IMG/VR virus record: IMGVR_UViG_3300049892_000052
Location: 1-54,279 of that record
DNA: 54,279 nt
Source of the DNA: a virus
Lineage: Duplodnaviria > Caudoviricetes
Direction: 5' to 3' (one strand)
Shown: in pieces, positions 9,055-19,178 of the stretch
How positions within the stretch are numbered: position 1 is the first letter of the stretch
How the letters are laid out: every line of letters begins with the position of its first letter
Notes under the pieces: generated by a model
Told to the model about the DNA's origin: nothing
Database searches by the model: none
The model's input: the letters and a program-made list of their open reading frames with translations, nothing else
Translations under genes and position numbers: made by a program

Positions 9055-10694
9055 CCCATATACTCCCACTTGTAGTAGAGCTTGATGCGGACATAATTGG
9101 TAGAATAGCCGGCCGTAAAGTTTCCCGCGCCGTTGTTATCGACACTGACCCAAATGGCCGCATTACTAAAGCTGCTCCAACTGTGCGCGGACGGCGGCTG
9201 CGGGGACCAGTCCCCCGTGGCGATCTGCATATAGGGGATGGGCAAATCAACGACGCCATCATGCACGGTCCCAAAAAACGCATTCGCGTTATAGACCGGC
9301 ACCGTGCTGTCGTTATAGACCCCACACGTCAGCCACGTATTGTTGCTGGCGTGTCCGGTTCCCCCGGACCCCGGCGACCCTGTGATGACGAACGCACACC
9401 AATCCGGGTCGATGTTCGTATATGCGGAGTTCGCATTTGTAAAGCTGAAATGAATGCTCGGCGGAACTGTGAGTTTGGGGCGCCAGAGATCGCCCAACGC
9501 GGGCACCAGCAGAATGGGGGTCGTCGGAAGCGCCTTGATATCATCGTTGTCAAGAAAGACGTTGACTTCCGCATCCCCGGAGATGTCGGCGTGGCTCGCA
9601 ATGACCTTCCATCCAAGATAGGACCCCTGCTCCGCTTGGAGGACGATGGAGTATCCTGGCCAGAGTGTTCGGGACGTATCGCCGTTGATCGTGTGTGAAG
9701 CGTTCGCGCAGACGACACTGAGCAACCCCGTAGACGTGTGGTCATTCTTAACAATGATGATACGGTTGCGTTCGGTGTTCGGAGAGATGTTGTTCGCGGT
9801 CAGCGCAGGTAGAGTACACGTCTTGGCGGACGTAATCTTGAAGTTGTGGGTGAAATAGGGTTCGGCGCCGCTGCCGACCCCGGAATCGATAGTGGTGTTT
9901 CCCGTATAGGTATGACAGCTTGGCGCAAGGGCCCCGGGCGCCCACAACCCCGCAAGACGCCCATGATTGCCATTGTTCCCGTAGGCCGTCGTGAGTTCAA
10001 TGTTGTTGCCCGACAGTTCAATGCTGCCCCCATAGGAGAAGATGAAGAGGTCGTCGCGCAACTCGTAATAGACTTCTCCGGTGTCGGCTTGGAATACTGT
10101 GAGGGCCCGTTCTGTATTGGCGAGCGTCTGATTGTACCAACCCTGGAGAATGACGTTATCCGTGTTGGATTCGACGGCGAGGAGCGCATAGGGGTTCGTT
10201 TCGACGCCCAAATCTGGGCCCGTGTTCGCGCCAGACAGCGTGATGCGCCCATGCGTCCCGCGTAGCAGAACTTGGGTCTTGGTCTTGTCAAACGTTAGTG
10301 CGTCGTTGCCCCCAAAGACGCCGCTATCGTTGAACTGGATCGTGGTGTTGTCTCCCCCCGGAATCGCGCTCATGACGCTGATACCGTTGCCGTTCCCCCA
10401 CGGATTCGTGCGGACGGGGAGAATGAACACGCCGGTGTTCGTGACTTGGAACGTCAGGTTCGCGATGACCTGATTATTGGAGAAGACGTAGCGGAAGTTG
10501 CTGTTGCCGCCAAACGTGTTGCTTTGGTTGAACTGGATGTCGGTATTCACCCCACCCGGGACGCCGTTGCCCCCGCCGGCGCCGATGGGATGTTGATTGA
10601 GGTAATCGACAATCGTTTGGACGCGCCAAACGAGGTCCCGCCCCGAATTTGCGAGCGCAATGTTCGCAATGGGGAGGAGAACAGTATTAGCCAT
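9051..10694 (-). CDS. Tail fibre protein
   Basis: 547 aa. Two GG.NT.IQFN....FGG repeats typical of phage fibres. Confidence 0.7.
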   Translation of the reverse strand: MANTVLLPIANIALANSGRDLVWRVQTIVDYLNQHPIGAGGGNGVPGGVNTDIQFNQSNTFGGNSNFRYVFSNNQVIANLTFQVTNTGVFILPVRTNPWGNGNGISVMSAIPGGDNTTIQFNDSGVFGGNDALTFDKTKTQVLLRGTHGRITLSGANTGPDLGVETNPYALLAVESNTDNVILQGWYNQTLANTERALTVFQADTGEVYYELRDDLFIFSYGGSIELSGNNIELTTAYGNNGNHGRLAGLWAPGALAPSCHTYTGNTTIDSGVGSGAEPYFTHNFKITSAKTCTLPALTANNISPNTERNRIIIVKNDHTSTGLLSVVCANASHTINGDTSRTLWPGYSIVLQAEQGSYLGWKVIASHADISGDAEVNVFLDNDDIKALPTTPILLVPALGDLWRPKLTVPPSIHFSFTNANSAYTNIDPDWCAFVITGSPGSGGTGHASNNTWLTCGVYNDSTVPVYNANAFFGTVHDGVVDLPIPYMQIATGDWSPQPPSAHSWSSFSNAAIWVSVDNNGAGNFTAGYSTNYVRIKLYYKWEYMG

Positions 10695-10884
10695 GGTTGA
10701 GTAGCTCGTTCACCAACGACGACAAACGAGCGACTTTCGTTTCTAGCTCCGCATACCGCTTCTGATGATGCTGCTGCCGGCGGTGCCGTTGGAGGGCGGA
10801 TTTGTCCGTCGCCAGAAGAGCTTTGCTGTCCATGTCGCGGACGAGTCCTTTGTCATCCGTCTGAATGTGATGTGCGCGGGCCAT
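10687..10884 (-). CDS. Small coiled-coil protein typically found after the VrlC-like gene in T4-like phages
   Basis: GLVRDMDSKALL...ELETKVARLSSLVNELL. Start moved to MARAHH. Confidence 0.7.
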   Translation of the reverse strand: MARAHHIQTDDKGLVRDMDSKALLATDKSALQRHRRQQHHQKRYAELETKVARLSSLVNELLNHG

Positions 10885-10885
10885 G

Positions 10886-13800
10886 TTACGTATCCAGTGC
10901 GATTGCGCGGAAGTTCGCAATACGCGGCGTGTAAACGGGGTTATCGGTCGCCATGACGACTTTCACCGCGAACGTCTTGAACTTGTCCGTCGTATCGTCA
11001 TCGGCGTTGAGGGCACGATCATCCGGCGTGTGGAACTCAAATTCCTTGAACTGTTCCCACTTGGTGCAGAAGGTACTGTCGTCTGTGATCTGGGTCATCA
11101 GACGCCACGGCTGGTCCTCAAAGCGTTCGGTCTCTTGGTCGGCCCCGAGGACTTTGTAGTAGACGTAGAACTTCGTCCCCAACGGGCGGTTGGCATCGAA
11201 GTAGACCACGATGTCGCGAGCTTCGAATCCGTCCGCGAGCGTGACCGGGCGCGTGAAGTAGCGGGTGAGCGCGTTGCCGCCATGTGTGTCCAACTCACTG
11301 AGATATGTGAGGACTGCGGTATTCTGCGTGGCGGTGTAGCTTGCGACGTTCGCCACAGGAGCCGCTGTGACCGTAGGCATCCCAATGTAGCCCGATCCGT
11401 CCGCGGTCAAGACGACGTTGCTGACGCGCCCATCACGGCCAATCGTGGCATAACCCGCAGCGCCCGTGCCTTCCCCACCCGAGAACGTGAGGGATACGTT
11501 GCTGTTGCCGTGCGTCCACCAGATGGCATCTGTGAGGGTTGCGCCGACGTTCGCGGTGCAGTAGAATCTCAATCCGTCCGCGTTGACGGATGCGACTGTT
11601 ACGGCAATGTTATCTCGCAATACCAGATAATCACCCGGAGCCAGCAGCGTAGTGAAGTCTACAACACCGTTCGACAGTTCAACCGTCGTTGATGTGGCCA
11701 CAGTATTGACTGTGGTATCTTGTAGCGTGGGAAGATAACCCACGCCCGGGTCCGTGAACATGATGTCGTCCGCTTGCAACCCCATGTCGTTCGTCAAGTG
11801 GTGGAGACAGAGGACGTTCAGCTTTTTCAAGTCGATGTAGGGCGCGACGTCCGCACTCCACGTTGAGAGGGCGGAGATGAGTTCGACCGTGTTCGCCGCA
11901 CTGACGGGCGCGAGCGCGATGATGTTTTCCGCCAACTCAATTTCATCGTAGCCTTGCAGCAACGACCGGGCCGCCAACGGACGCCATTCGCTCGGATGCA
12001 CGTCGTAGTAGAGCGCGGACTGTCCGGTGAGGTCCTCCGTAACCGTGTTCATCGGCTTGACGCCCAGCGTGTAGCTGGCGCCCGTCAAGTCTGAGAAGTG
12101 AACGTCGTGCGGATAGAACTCGATGCTGTCCACGATGGCGTTCGCGGTCGGGGGAACGGCGTGCGCCACGAGATGGGCCACTTGCGGGGTCGTCGCGGTC
12201 CCCGTCCACTTGGCGCGGTTCAGACGGAACATTAAGTCTTCGAAGGGAGACTCGGTCCACGCGGACGCATTCTGTGACTTGAAGAAACTCCCCGCGTAGG
12301 GCTGCGACGACACTTTGGTATCCGCTGTGCCCAAGACATTGCCACCCAGTTCAGCCGTATACACGCGATAGTCGCTGCTGTCGGAGCGGACGACAATGGC
12401 GTATTCTTTGCCGGGGAGCAGATGAACCGGAGCTGCGAACGTGAACGTCGTCACGGTCAGCGGATCGGCAATATTGGGCGTGGCACTCGTAATGACGGTG
12501 ACTTGGTCGTTACGGAGGGTGACGCGAGCGAGTCCGTCAGCAGACGTGCAAGGCACCAAGTCTTGCGAACTGGGGTAGCCATTGACGACGTTGCGGAGTT
12601 CCACGACGACCGGAATGTCGTCGTCGGGTTTCGCCGCGAAGCACAGATCGACCGACGCAATGAATACGCCCTGCGGATACGCGGCCGCGTCCACGAGGAA
12701 CGTTTCCGCCAACGGGTCGACGTAGCCCAACGCAATCTGTTGGACGCTGTGGTCCGTGACGCTGAAGGATTCCTGCGCGGGCCCGACACGTTGCGGGAAC
12801 GCGGAACGCGACGTGACGCTGGTCGCTTGCTGGGTGACGGTCAAGCCCGAGGCTTCATACGAGCTTTCGGCCGACGTCGTGGCACTCGTGGGACGGTTGC
12901 TGGCATCGTCCGTCAAGCGGAATAGACGCGATCCTGTGGCGAACGCGCCATTCTGGAGATGGAAGACGCCCGACGCACAGCCCGCGCGGCCGGCGACCGC
13001 CGGGTTGCTGTTGTCCACGAATCCGTCACTCTGGAGTCGACCAATGCTATAGATGCTCTGGTTGACCACGAGCCCGGGGAACGTGCCGGATACGAGCGCC
13101 GTGTTGTTGCCCGCCCAGTAAGTGGTAATCGTTTGTGATTGCCCCGCGCCCGGGCCTCCGACAATGCGTAGTGCCGTGACGTTGTTCGCGACCTCGGCTT
13201 CTGTGACGTCCAGATCGAGTCGGATAAGTTGACTGTTCGCGTTGTAGCCGCGCACGATCCCCGAGAAGCACGTAGCCCCCGTGATGTTGACGGCGGGTTG
13301 GAGCCCGAGTTCGTTGATGACGACGACGCTGGCCCCAAGACTGTTATTGGACGTGTCTCCCGCCAATTTGACGGGACTGACCGATCCGGCGTTGATCGGA
13401 TACGGTGGGACTTGATCCACAGAGCTATCCCGCTGCGCCCGAGCAACTTTGAGCGTGTAGACCACGTTCGCAGAGTCGAAGCGCGGAGAGACTTCCGTGA
13501 TGGTGACGGGCACATACGTCCGCACAGACGCTCCCGAGAGCGTGTTCGCGCCAGCGGTCGACGTGCGGAACTGAGTGTTGGATGTGATGCTATCCACTAC
13601 GAGGAAGACGAAGCTCGCCCCCAAGACGAACTTGACGATCTGCCCCACGACCAAGTCGTATTCAAAGAGCGTATCGACGCCCGTGACGGTCGTATTGCCT
13701 GCAAGAACGGTGGCCGTTCCGCGCAAGGGCTTCTCGACGTAGATGGTCTGTCCGACGCGATAGGTCGGTGCCGTGCTGCGGAGCAGGGACGCCAGTTCGA

Positions 13801-16800
13801 TGATGTTGCCACGCTGGACGTAGTTATCGACGTTGACGCCATCGAAGAACGCATAGAGTGACGACTTGGGCTTCAGTCCGTCACCCGAAAACACGATATC
13901 CCGTTCACGAACACGATGCACGATGGACGTATCGACGATCCGGTTGCCCAACGACGCGGTTGTGCTGGTGACTTGATATTCGTAGGTCGTCCCCTGACGC
14001 TCGTAGTTTGTCTGCGTCGTGATATCCTGCCACGACAGTTCGGTCATCGCGCCGAGACCGTGTTCCTGCGGCGTCCATCCGGGCGGCGTGAACCAAGCAC
14101 GTTGCGTTTGGTTTGCGACGATGCCGGACCACGTCTGATCCCATTCACCCCAATTGGTAAACGACGGCATGGTGGCGTTGACCCACGCTTGCGTCGGGCC
14201 ACCCAAGTCGATGACTTGCGCGGGGACGGACGTCGTATCCTTCCACGTATCCACAGCGGGTGAGAGCTTCAGTGATCCGTAGAACGCGGCGACGTCAAAT
14301 GGGTTGACGGACACCGAGTGCGTCGCAAACGGCTGCGTAATGAACGCTTCTGTCGTATATGTGGGGATCGCCATATCCCCGACAACCGTGATGCCATTGG
14401 ACGTGCCGGTGTTGGACGTGTCCGCCGTGAATAGGGTCGCAAAGGAACGGAAGCCCGTGCGAAGTTCGCGGTTCTGCACGTCAATCGACGCGGTGAAGTC
14501 CTCCGATGCGACATCGCCGACGTCGGCGCCGTGGAAGCTGTCGACCAGGATACCATTCTTGAAGCGGTCGTTGCCGTCCTGGTCAAAGATATCCTGGTCC
14601 TTCGTGATACGTTCCAGTGAGTTCAGCGCCGTGTAGTATTCCAAATGGGCGACACGATTTTCGACCTTGGAAATGTCCTGCATCGTATACCGCTTGTGGT
14701 CAAACGTGGTCAGGACGGTGGTCGTGGGCACCCCATTCGCATCGACGAGTGTGTAGGGTGGAATCGTGATCTGATAGATCAACAGACTGTCCGGGTCGTT
14801 CGTCGGGGGCTCCGGCGTAAGCGCGGGCTTGCCTTCGATGATGTGGAACAGCCCGTCGTAGCCGATCCCGATGCGGTCAATACGGCTGAGGTAGTAGTCG
14901 AAGTCGCCATACCAGACGCCATCAGACGTGGGGATGTAGTAGGAGTCGGTGCCCCCGTCAAGATACGTGGTTAGCGTGTCTGTACCGTCTTGTTCCGTGA
15001 CGGCGTTGTAGAGACCGTCCCCAACCGTGTTCGCGGTCCGCGCCGGACGGAAGTCCAACACGTCGCGGAGACTGACGGTGCGATTCGTGCGCGGGGACGT
15101 GTAGCTCGGGATTGCGTCATACGTCATGCCCGCGGCGACACTATTCGCACCAAGGAAGCTGTCGACCGTGGCGGGGCCCCGCCCAACGTGTGCAAACCGG
15201 TCAAACAGGATGAGCAGACGCCCATCCGGGCTAATCGTGCGGCTAGCGTCGCGATTGCAAATGACGCGAGCATATTCATACGTGTTGTCGCGCTGTCCGT
15301 TGTCGAGCGTGAACAGCGATGTGACGTCCGTGGCGGTCGTCAAGTCGGCAAACGCCGTATTGGTGCTCTGGTAGAAGATGGTGACGTTGTGGACGTCCGG
15401 CACCTTCAAGGTATACGCGAATCCGGCCGTCGCATTGAGATTGAAGTAGGCAATCTGTCCGTCGTCAAGGGACGACGTATTACCCGTCAGGTCGACGCTG
15501 CTGTTTGCGAGAACGAGCGTCTTTTCACGGATGGGGTACGCATGGGTCGTGGCGCGAGCGACGGCATGGAAGGACCGTGTGGCCGCGTTGGCGGACCCGT
15601 GATGATACGTGAACTGAAGTGTGTGCGACCCCGCGGTCGTCATCGTTATGGACGTCAAACAACGATGGGACGCATTGGGGGACGTGCCGAACTGCACAAT
15701 CTGTCCGCGGCCGCCGGCATCGTTCGTGGTATCAAAGACGACGAAGTAACGTTGTGCGGTTTCTGCGGACAGTGATCCCGTGGGGAAGGAGAGCAGCGGG
15801 TCCGTAATGGACAGAGACACGGTCGCGTTCGCGCCTGTGAGGGTGATACTTGTGTTCGGCGCCAGTTGCACCCACGTATCCCATGTCGTATTGGCAGCAA
15901 TGGAGTTCGCGACGATGAACGACGGGCCAAACTGGTAGATCAATGACGGGTCCGGGCCTGTGATGATAGTGTTCTGCCCGGCATCGTCCTTACCGCCCAG
16001 CAACGTGACGTCCGCTTGGAAGAACAGGTTGGACGAGTAGGGGGTGGTGTAGGTGCCGCTGTAGGAGTTGTTTGCTCCTGCAAAGCAGTCGATATCCTTT
16101 GGTTGGTACAAGAGGCGGTACTGTGTATTCGCGTTCGGCAGTGCGGGGAGATATTCCTTCAGCGTCAGTTCAACGTTCGCTCCGTTCGGCGCGTAGTTGA
16201 CGACCGTGAACGTGCCGGTGACGGGAGAGGACGCGCCGCTCAGCACAACGGTCGCACCGTTAGCGGCACTCGCTACGCCCGGAAGTCCATTTGCGATAGC
16301 GGCTGTGCAGACGACCGCGCCGTTCGTCAGCGTGGCAGAAACCAAATTGCCCGTGAGCGCATCGAACGCGGTGTCGTAGAAGAACATCTTGTAGACGGAC
16401 GAGTTCGCCCACTGGTCGTTGTTCGCGGGCACATCGACCGTTTCCAGCAAGCGGACCTTCGCGGTGCCGATGCGAGAGTAGTTGTACGCGGCTACGGACG
16501 CTGTGTTGATCGCGGACGCATTGACGCAGTGCAAATCGACGGTGGACGTATTGGCAAAATACTTCTGCGGGTCGTAGGCAGCGACGCGAGACACGAGTGC
16601 ATAGTTCCCGACTTGCAGGGCCAGACCTTCCGCATTGACCGAGGCGATATCCCGTCCCTTGCGAATGAGGAGGTCCGTGGGTTCCGTTGTCGCGACTTCC
16701 CAGCCACGCACGTAGGCTTTGCCAGGGCCGAGCGAGAGATGGAAGTTTGATGTGTTGCTAACGTCTGTGTTTCCGATGACGGGACGGAACTGCGTGATCA

Positions 16801-17755
16801 CATAGTCGCCCGATTCGTCGAAGGTGCGGCGCGCCAGAATGTCGTTCAGTTCGCTCATCTTGACGAAGCGTTCCCGAATGACCGTTCCCTTGCGAATGAC
16901 GCCCTGTTCAATCGTGGCGAGCGTGATGAAGTTTGGTCCAACGTCGGCGGACAATCCCCGTGTGTCGAGTTCCAGACGCAGACGGAGGCGGTGCGCGCCC
17001 GGGGCGCCCAAGTTCGCCGGGTCAAGGAGCGTGGACCCAACCACGTCGTCCAGTTCGTCAATGACTTCTTCGATGATGTTGAGTCCGACAATCGCATCGG
17101 GACGGTTGTCGAATTCGCTGACGACAATCGTTTGTGCTTTGCAGCGGACGAAGAAGCCCGAGACAAAGAACACCCCTTCTTCGACACTGAATACCGATGC
17201 GCCAGAGAACGTGTCCGCGTTGGCGCCAAACGTGGCATTGGCCGTCGAGTCCGGGGAGTTGACGACGCCACTCGTGGGGAACGTCTGCTGCGAGTCGTAT
17301 TTGAAAATGAGGTAAGCGTCCGGGGTCGCGCCTTCGTCGGGCGCCACGTATTGGCGGACTGTTGCGTGAGTCGTGGTGTTGGCGACGTCGTAGATTTTCA
17401 GCCCGAGATTGTTCGTGCGGTCAAAGAATGCGGATACGTTGTCCGTCAACAGCGTCTTGCCACTGACGACGTTCGTATCGAGCGCGATTTCACCCCCAAG
17501 AACGGGGCTGCCGTTCTTGAAGTTGGCCGTACCGAGCCGCTGGAGCTGTGCTTGCAGAATGGTCTGAAGTTGCGTCAGTTCGCGAGACTGTACCCCATAG
17601 CGCGGGCGGAACAGAATGCGATGAAAGTCGAACTCCTCCCCCAACGTCCGCGTGACGGACGTATTGGAGTTGGCCGCATAGTAGTCGTCGTGGTACGGCG
17701 CACTCCGAAGGGTCTGCGTTGCGGTATTGCTCAGAGAGGCTAGGTCTAGTGGCAT
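10886..17755 (-). CDS. Large baseplate-associated structural protein (DUF4815 / VrlC-like)
   Basis: 2289 aa. PYHDDY, RILFRP..VQSRELTQLQTILQ, LARRTFDESGDY, KRYTMQDI, RFKNGILVDSF, DPLAETF, PRIANFRAIAL. Confidence 0.9.
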   Translation of the reverse strand: MPLDLASLSNTATQTLRSAPYHDDYYAANSNTSVTRTLGEEFDFHRILFRPRYGVQSRELTQLQTILQAQLQRLGTANFKNGSPVLGGEIALDTNVVSGKTLLTDNVSAFFDRTNNLGLKIYDVANTTTHATVRQYVAPDEGATPDAYLIFKYDSQQTFPTSGVVNSPDSTANATFGANADTFSGASVFSVEEGVFFVSGFFVRCKAQTIVVSEFDNRPDAIVGLNIIEEVIDELDDVVGSTLLDPANLGAPGAHRLRLRLELDTRGLSADVGPNFITLATIEQGVIRKGTVIRERFVKMSELNDILARRTFDESGDYVITQFRPVIGNTDVSNTSNFHLSLGPGKAYVRGWEVATTEPTDLLIRKGRDIASVNAEGLALQVGNYALVSRVAAYDPQKYFANTSTVDLHCVNASAINTASVAAYNYSRIGTAKVRLLETVDVPANNDQWANSSVYKMFFYDTAFDALTGNLVSATLTNGAVVCTAAIANGLPGVASAANGATVVLSGASSPVTGTFTVVNYAPNGANVELTLKEYLPALPNANTQYRLLYQPKDIDCFAGANNSYSGTYTTPYSSNLFFQADVTLLGGKDDAGQNTIITGPDPSLIYQFGPSFIVANSIAANTTWDTWVQLAPNTSITLTGANATVSLSITDPLLSFPTGSLSAETAQRYFVVFDTTNDAGGRGQIVQFGTSPNASHRCLTSITMTTAGSHTLQFTYHHGSANAATRSFHAVARATTHAYPIREKTLVLANSSVDLTGNTSSLDDGQIAYFNLNATAGFAYTLKVPDVHNVTIFYQSTNTAFADLTTATDVTSLFTLDNGQRDNTYEYARVICNRDASRTISPDGRLLILFDRFAHVGRGPATVDSFLGANSVAAGMTYDAIPSYTSPRTNRTVSLRDVLDFRPARTANTVGDGLYNAVTEQDGTDTLTTYLDGGTDSYYIPTSDGVWYGDFDYYLSRIDRIGIGYDGLFHIIEGKPALTPEPPTNDPDSLLIYQITIPPYTLVDANGVPTTTVLTTFDHKRYTMQDISKVENRVAHLEYYTALNSLERITKDQDIFDQDGNDRFKNGILVDSFHGADVGDVASEDFTASIDVQNRELRTGFRSFATLFTADTSNTGTSNGITVVGDMAIPTYTTEAFITQPFATHSVSVNPFDVAAFYGSLKLSPAVDTWKDTTSVPAQVIDLGGPTQAWVNATMPSFTNWGEWDQTWSGIVANQTQRAWFTPPGWTPQEHGLGAMTELSWQDITTQTNYERQGTTYEYQVTSTTASLGNRIVDTSIVHRVRERDIVFSGDGLKPKSSLYAFFDGVNVDNYVQRGNIIELASLLRSTAPTYRVGQTIYVEKPLRGTATVLAGNTTVTGVDTLFEYDLVVGQIVKFVLGASFVFLVVDSITSNTQFRTSTAGANTLSGASVRTYVPVTITEVSPRFDSANVVYTLKVARAQRDSSVDQVPPYPINAGSVSPVKLAGDTSNNSLGASVVVINELGLQPAVNITGATCFSGIVRGYNANSQLIRLDLDVTEAEVANNVTALRIVGGPGAGQSQTITTYWAGNNTALVSGTFPGLVVNQSIYSIGRLQSDGFVDNSNPAVAGRAGCASGVFHLQNGAFATGSRLFRLTDDASNRPTSATTSAESSYEASGLTVTQQATSVTSRSAFPQRVGPAQESFSVTDHSVQQIALGYVDPLAETFLVDAAAYPQGVFIASVDLCFAAKPDDDIPVVVELRNVVNGYPSSQDLVPCTSADGLARVTLRNDQVTVITSATPNIADPLTVTTFTFAAPVHLLPGKEYAIVVRSDSSDYRVYTAELGGNVLGTADTKVSSQPYAGSFFKSQNASAWTESPFEDLMFRLNRAKWTGTATTPQVAHLVAHAVPPTANAIVDSIEFYPHDVHFSDLTGASYTLGVKPMNTVTEDLTGQSALYYDVHPSEWRPLAARSLLQGYDEIELAENIIALAPVSAANTVELISALSTWSADVAPYIDLKKLNVLCLHHLTNDMGLQADDIMFTDPGVGYLPTLQDTTVNTVATSTTVELSNGVVDFTTLLAPGDYLVLRDNIAVTVASVNADGLRFYCTANVGATLTDAIWWTHGNSNVSLTFSGGEGTGAAGYATIGRDGRVSNVVLTADGSGYIGMPTVTAAPVANVASYTATQNTAVLTYLSELDTHGGNALTRYFTRPVTLADGFEARDIVVYFDANRPLGTKFYVYYKVLGADQETERFEDQPWRLMTQITDDSTFCTKWEQFKEFEFHTPDDRALNADDDTTDKFKTFAVKVVMATDNPVYTPRIANFRAIALDT

Positions 17756-17767
17756 GGGGGTATCCAG

Positions 17768-19150
17768 TTATCCGCCGAAAGGCAGCACAATTTTGATTTC
17801 TTCGAAGTTGTCGGGAGTGCGTTGCACGGGGGCGTGATGGGACGCGAAGATGATCGTGCCCGTGTACGGCAGCAGTTCGGGAAGGGCCACGTTTGCAATG
17901 AATCCCTGCACCGTATTGGTGGCCGCGTCTTTGACGGATTCTCCATCCACGAACGGCGTCACTTGTCCAGCCGCGTTGACGGCCGTCAAGCGCAACACGT
18001 TGTTTCCCGCGGCGTTTTGAATGACGTCGACCACGAGCCCTGACGGGGCCACGGCCAGATTGGCACTATAGGCCACGTTCGCGTTATACATCACGTCGTC
18101 CGCGACAAACGCGCCGACATTCGCACTCAGCGTCAAGTCATACGTCTGATGGTAGAAATCGTTGTTGGCAATTTCTTCCGAATCGCGCTCGATAGGATTG
18201 AGAACAAGCCCCAACCGACGGAACTCGTTGCTGGTCGTCAGCACGTCGCCCACACGATTGTCCAGCAGCACACTAATCATAATGTGCTTGGCGTCCAGTT
18301 CCGACACGAGGTCGTATCCATGATTAGGATAGGGTGGGATGATGGCCCGCACCGTTGCGGCGGTAGCTCCCGACTGATACACATTGATGCTCGTCACTTG
18401 GGTGTAACGGGCCCCGCCGTCGACCAAACTGATGGCCGTGAGGTTGTTGCCCGTCAACGTGATCGACGAGTTGGAAATCGTGGCGCCCGCGCCGTCGCCG
18501 ACGACCGTGGCAATAATCGGTTCGGCCGGGTCGTAGCTGCCCCCATCTTCGACGACTAACGGAACGTCTATCGCAAGTCGCCCCGCATTGTTCGCAGCGT
18601 CCACTTGCACCGCGGATTCCACATAGACGGGGACCCACGCATTCGTCAGGTACTTGTCGGACGTGCCGGAAGGGAGACTGTAGAGATACTTCCACACGTA
18701 GCCGTCAGCCGTCGTCTTGACATACTGATGACTGCCATTCGCGCCGGAACTTGGCGGATCAACGCTATTGGCATTGTTCGCGTTCCATAGACAGCTATAC
18801 ACGCTGTAGTTGTTGGCGTCCAGCACCACACTCGGGGTCGTGTTCGCCGTGTCGTCGTATTGTGTATAGACGGTGTTCGTTGACCAGTCCGTCCGCGCAA
18901 TAACAAACGTCATGTTCGCAACGCGACATCGCTTTGCGGACAGCATATCTCTCCAGAAGTCGTAGGTGACGCTCTGCGGAACGTCCAACACTGCGGGAGG
19001 GGTGTCCCCACTGGGCCACGGCTGCGAACGCCCCACGAACAAATACAGGGCGAGCGGGCTGCCGTTGCCGGTCAGTTCCCATGCTTGGAGATGGTTCAAA
19101 AACGTCTGCCCAAGCGACGACCGGTATTGTTGAGTGAGGAGACTTGGCAT
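17768..19150 (-). CDS. gp8: Baseplate wedge subunit gp8-like
   Basis: LYLFVGRSQPW, TADGYVWKYLY, FRRLGLVLNP, EEIKIVL; synteny. Confidence 0.88.
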   Translation of the reverse strand: MPSLLTQQYRSSLGQTFLNHLQAWELTGNGSPLALYLFVGRSQPWPSGDTPPAVLDVPQSVTYDFWRDMLSAKRCRVANMTFVIARTDWSTNTVYTQYDDTANTTPSVVLDANNYSVYSCLWNANNANSVDPPSSGANGSHQYVKTTADGYVWKYLYSLPSGTSDKYLTNAWVPVYVESAVQVDAANNAGRLAIDVPLVVEDGGSYDPAEPIIATVVGDGAGATISNSSITLTGNNLTAISLVDGGARYTQVTSINVYQSGATAATVRAIIPPYPNHGYDLVSELDAKHIMISVLLDNRVGDVLTTSNEFRRLGLVLNPIERDSEEIANNDFYHQTYDLTLSANVGAFVADDVMYNANVAYSANLAVAPSGLVVDVIQNAAGNNVLRLTAVNAAGQVTPFVDGESVKDAATNTVQGFIANVALPELLPYTGTIIFASHHAPVQRTPDNFEEIKIVLPFGG

Positions 19151-19156
19151 ATATCC

Positions 19157-19163
19157 TATTTAG
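19157..19163 (-). promoter_or_regulatory. Late promoter CTAAATA, 6 nt before the gp8 ATG
   Basis: ctaaata ggatat ATG. Confidence 0.75.
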
Positions 19164-19178
19164 AGTGCCTGCCAGACG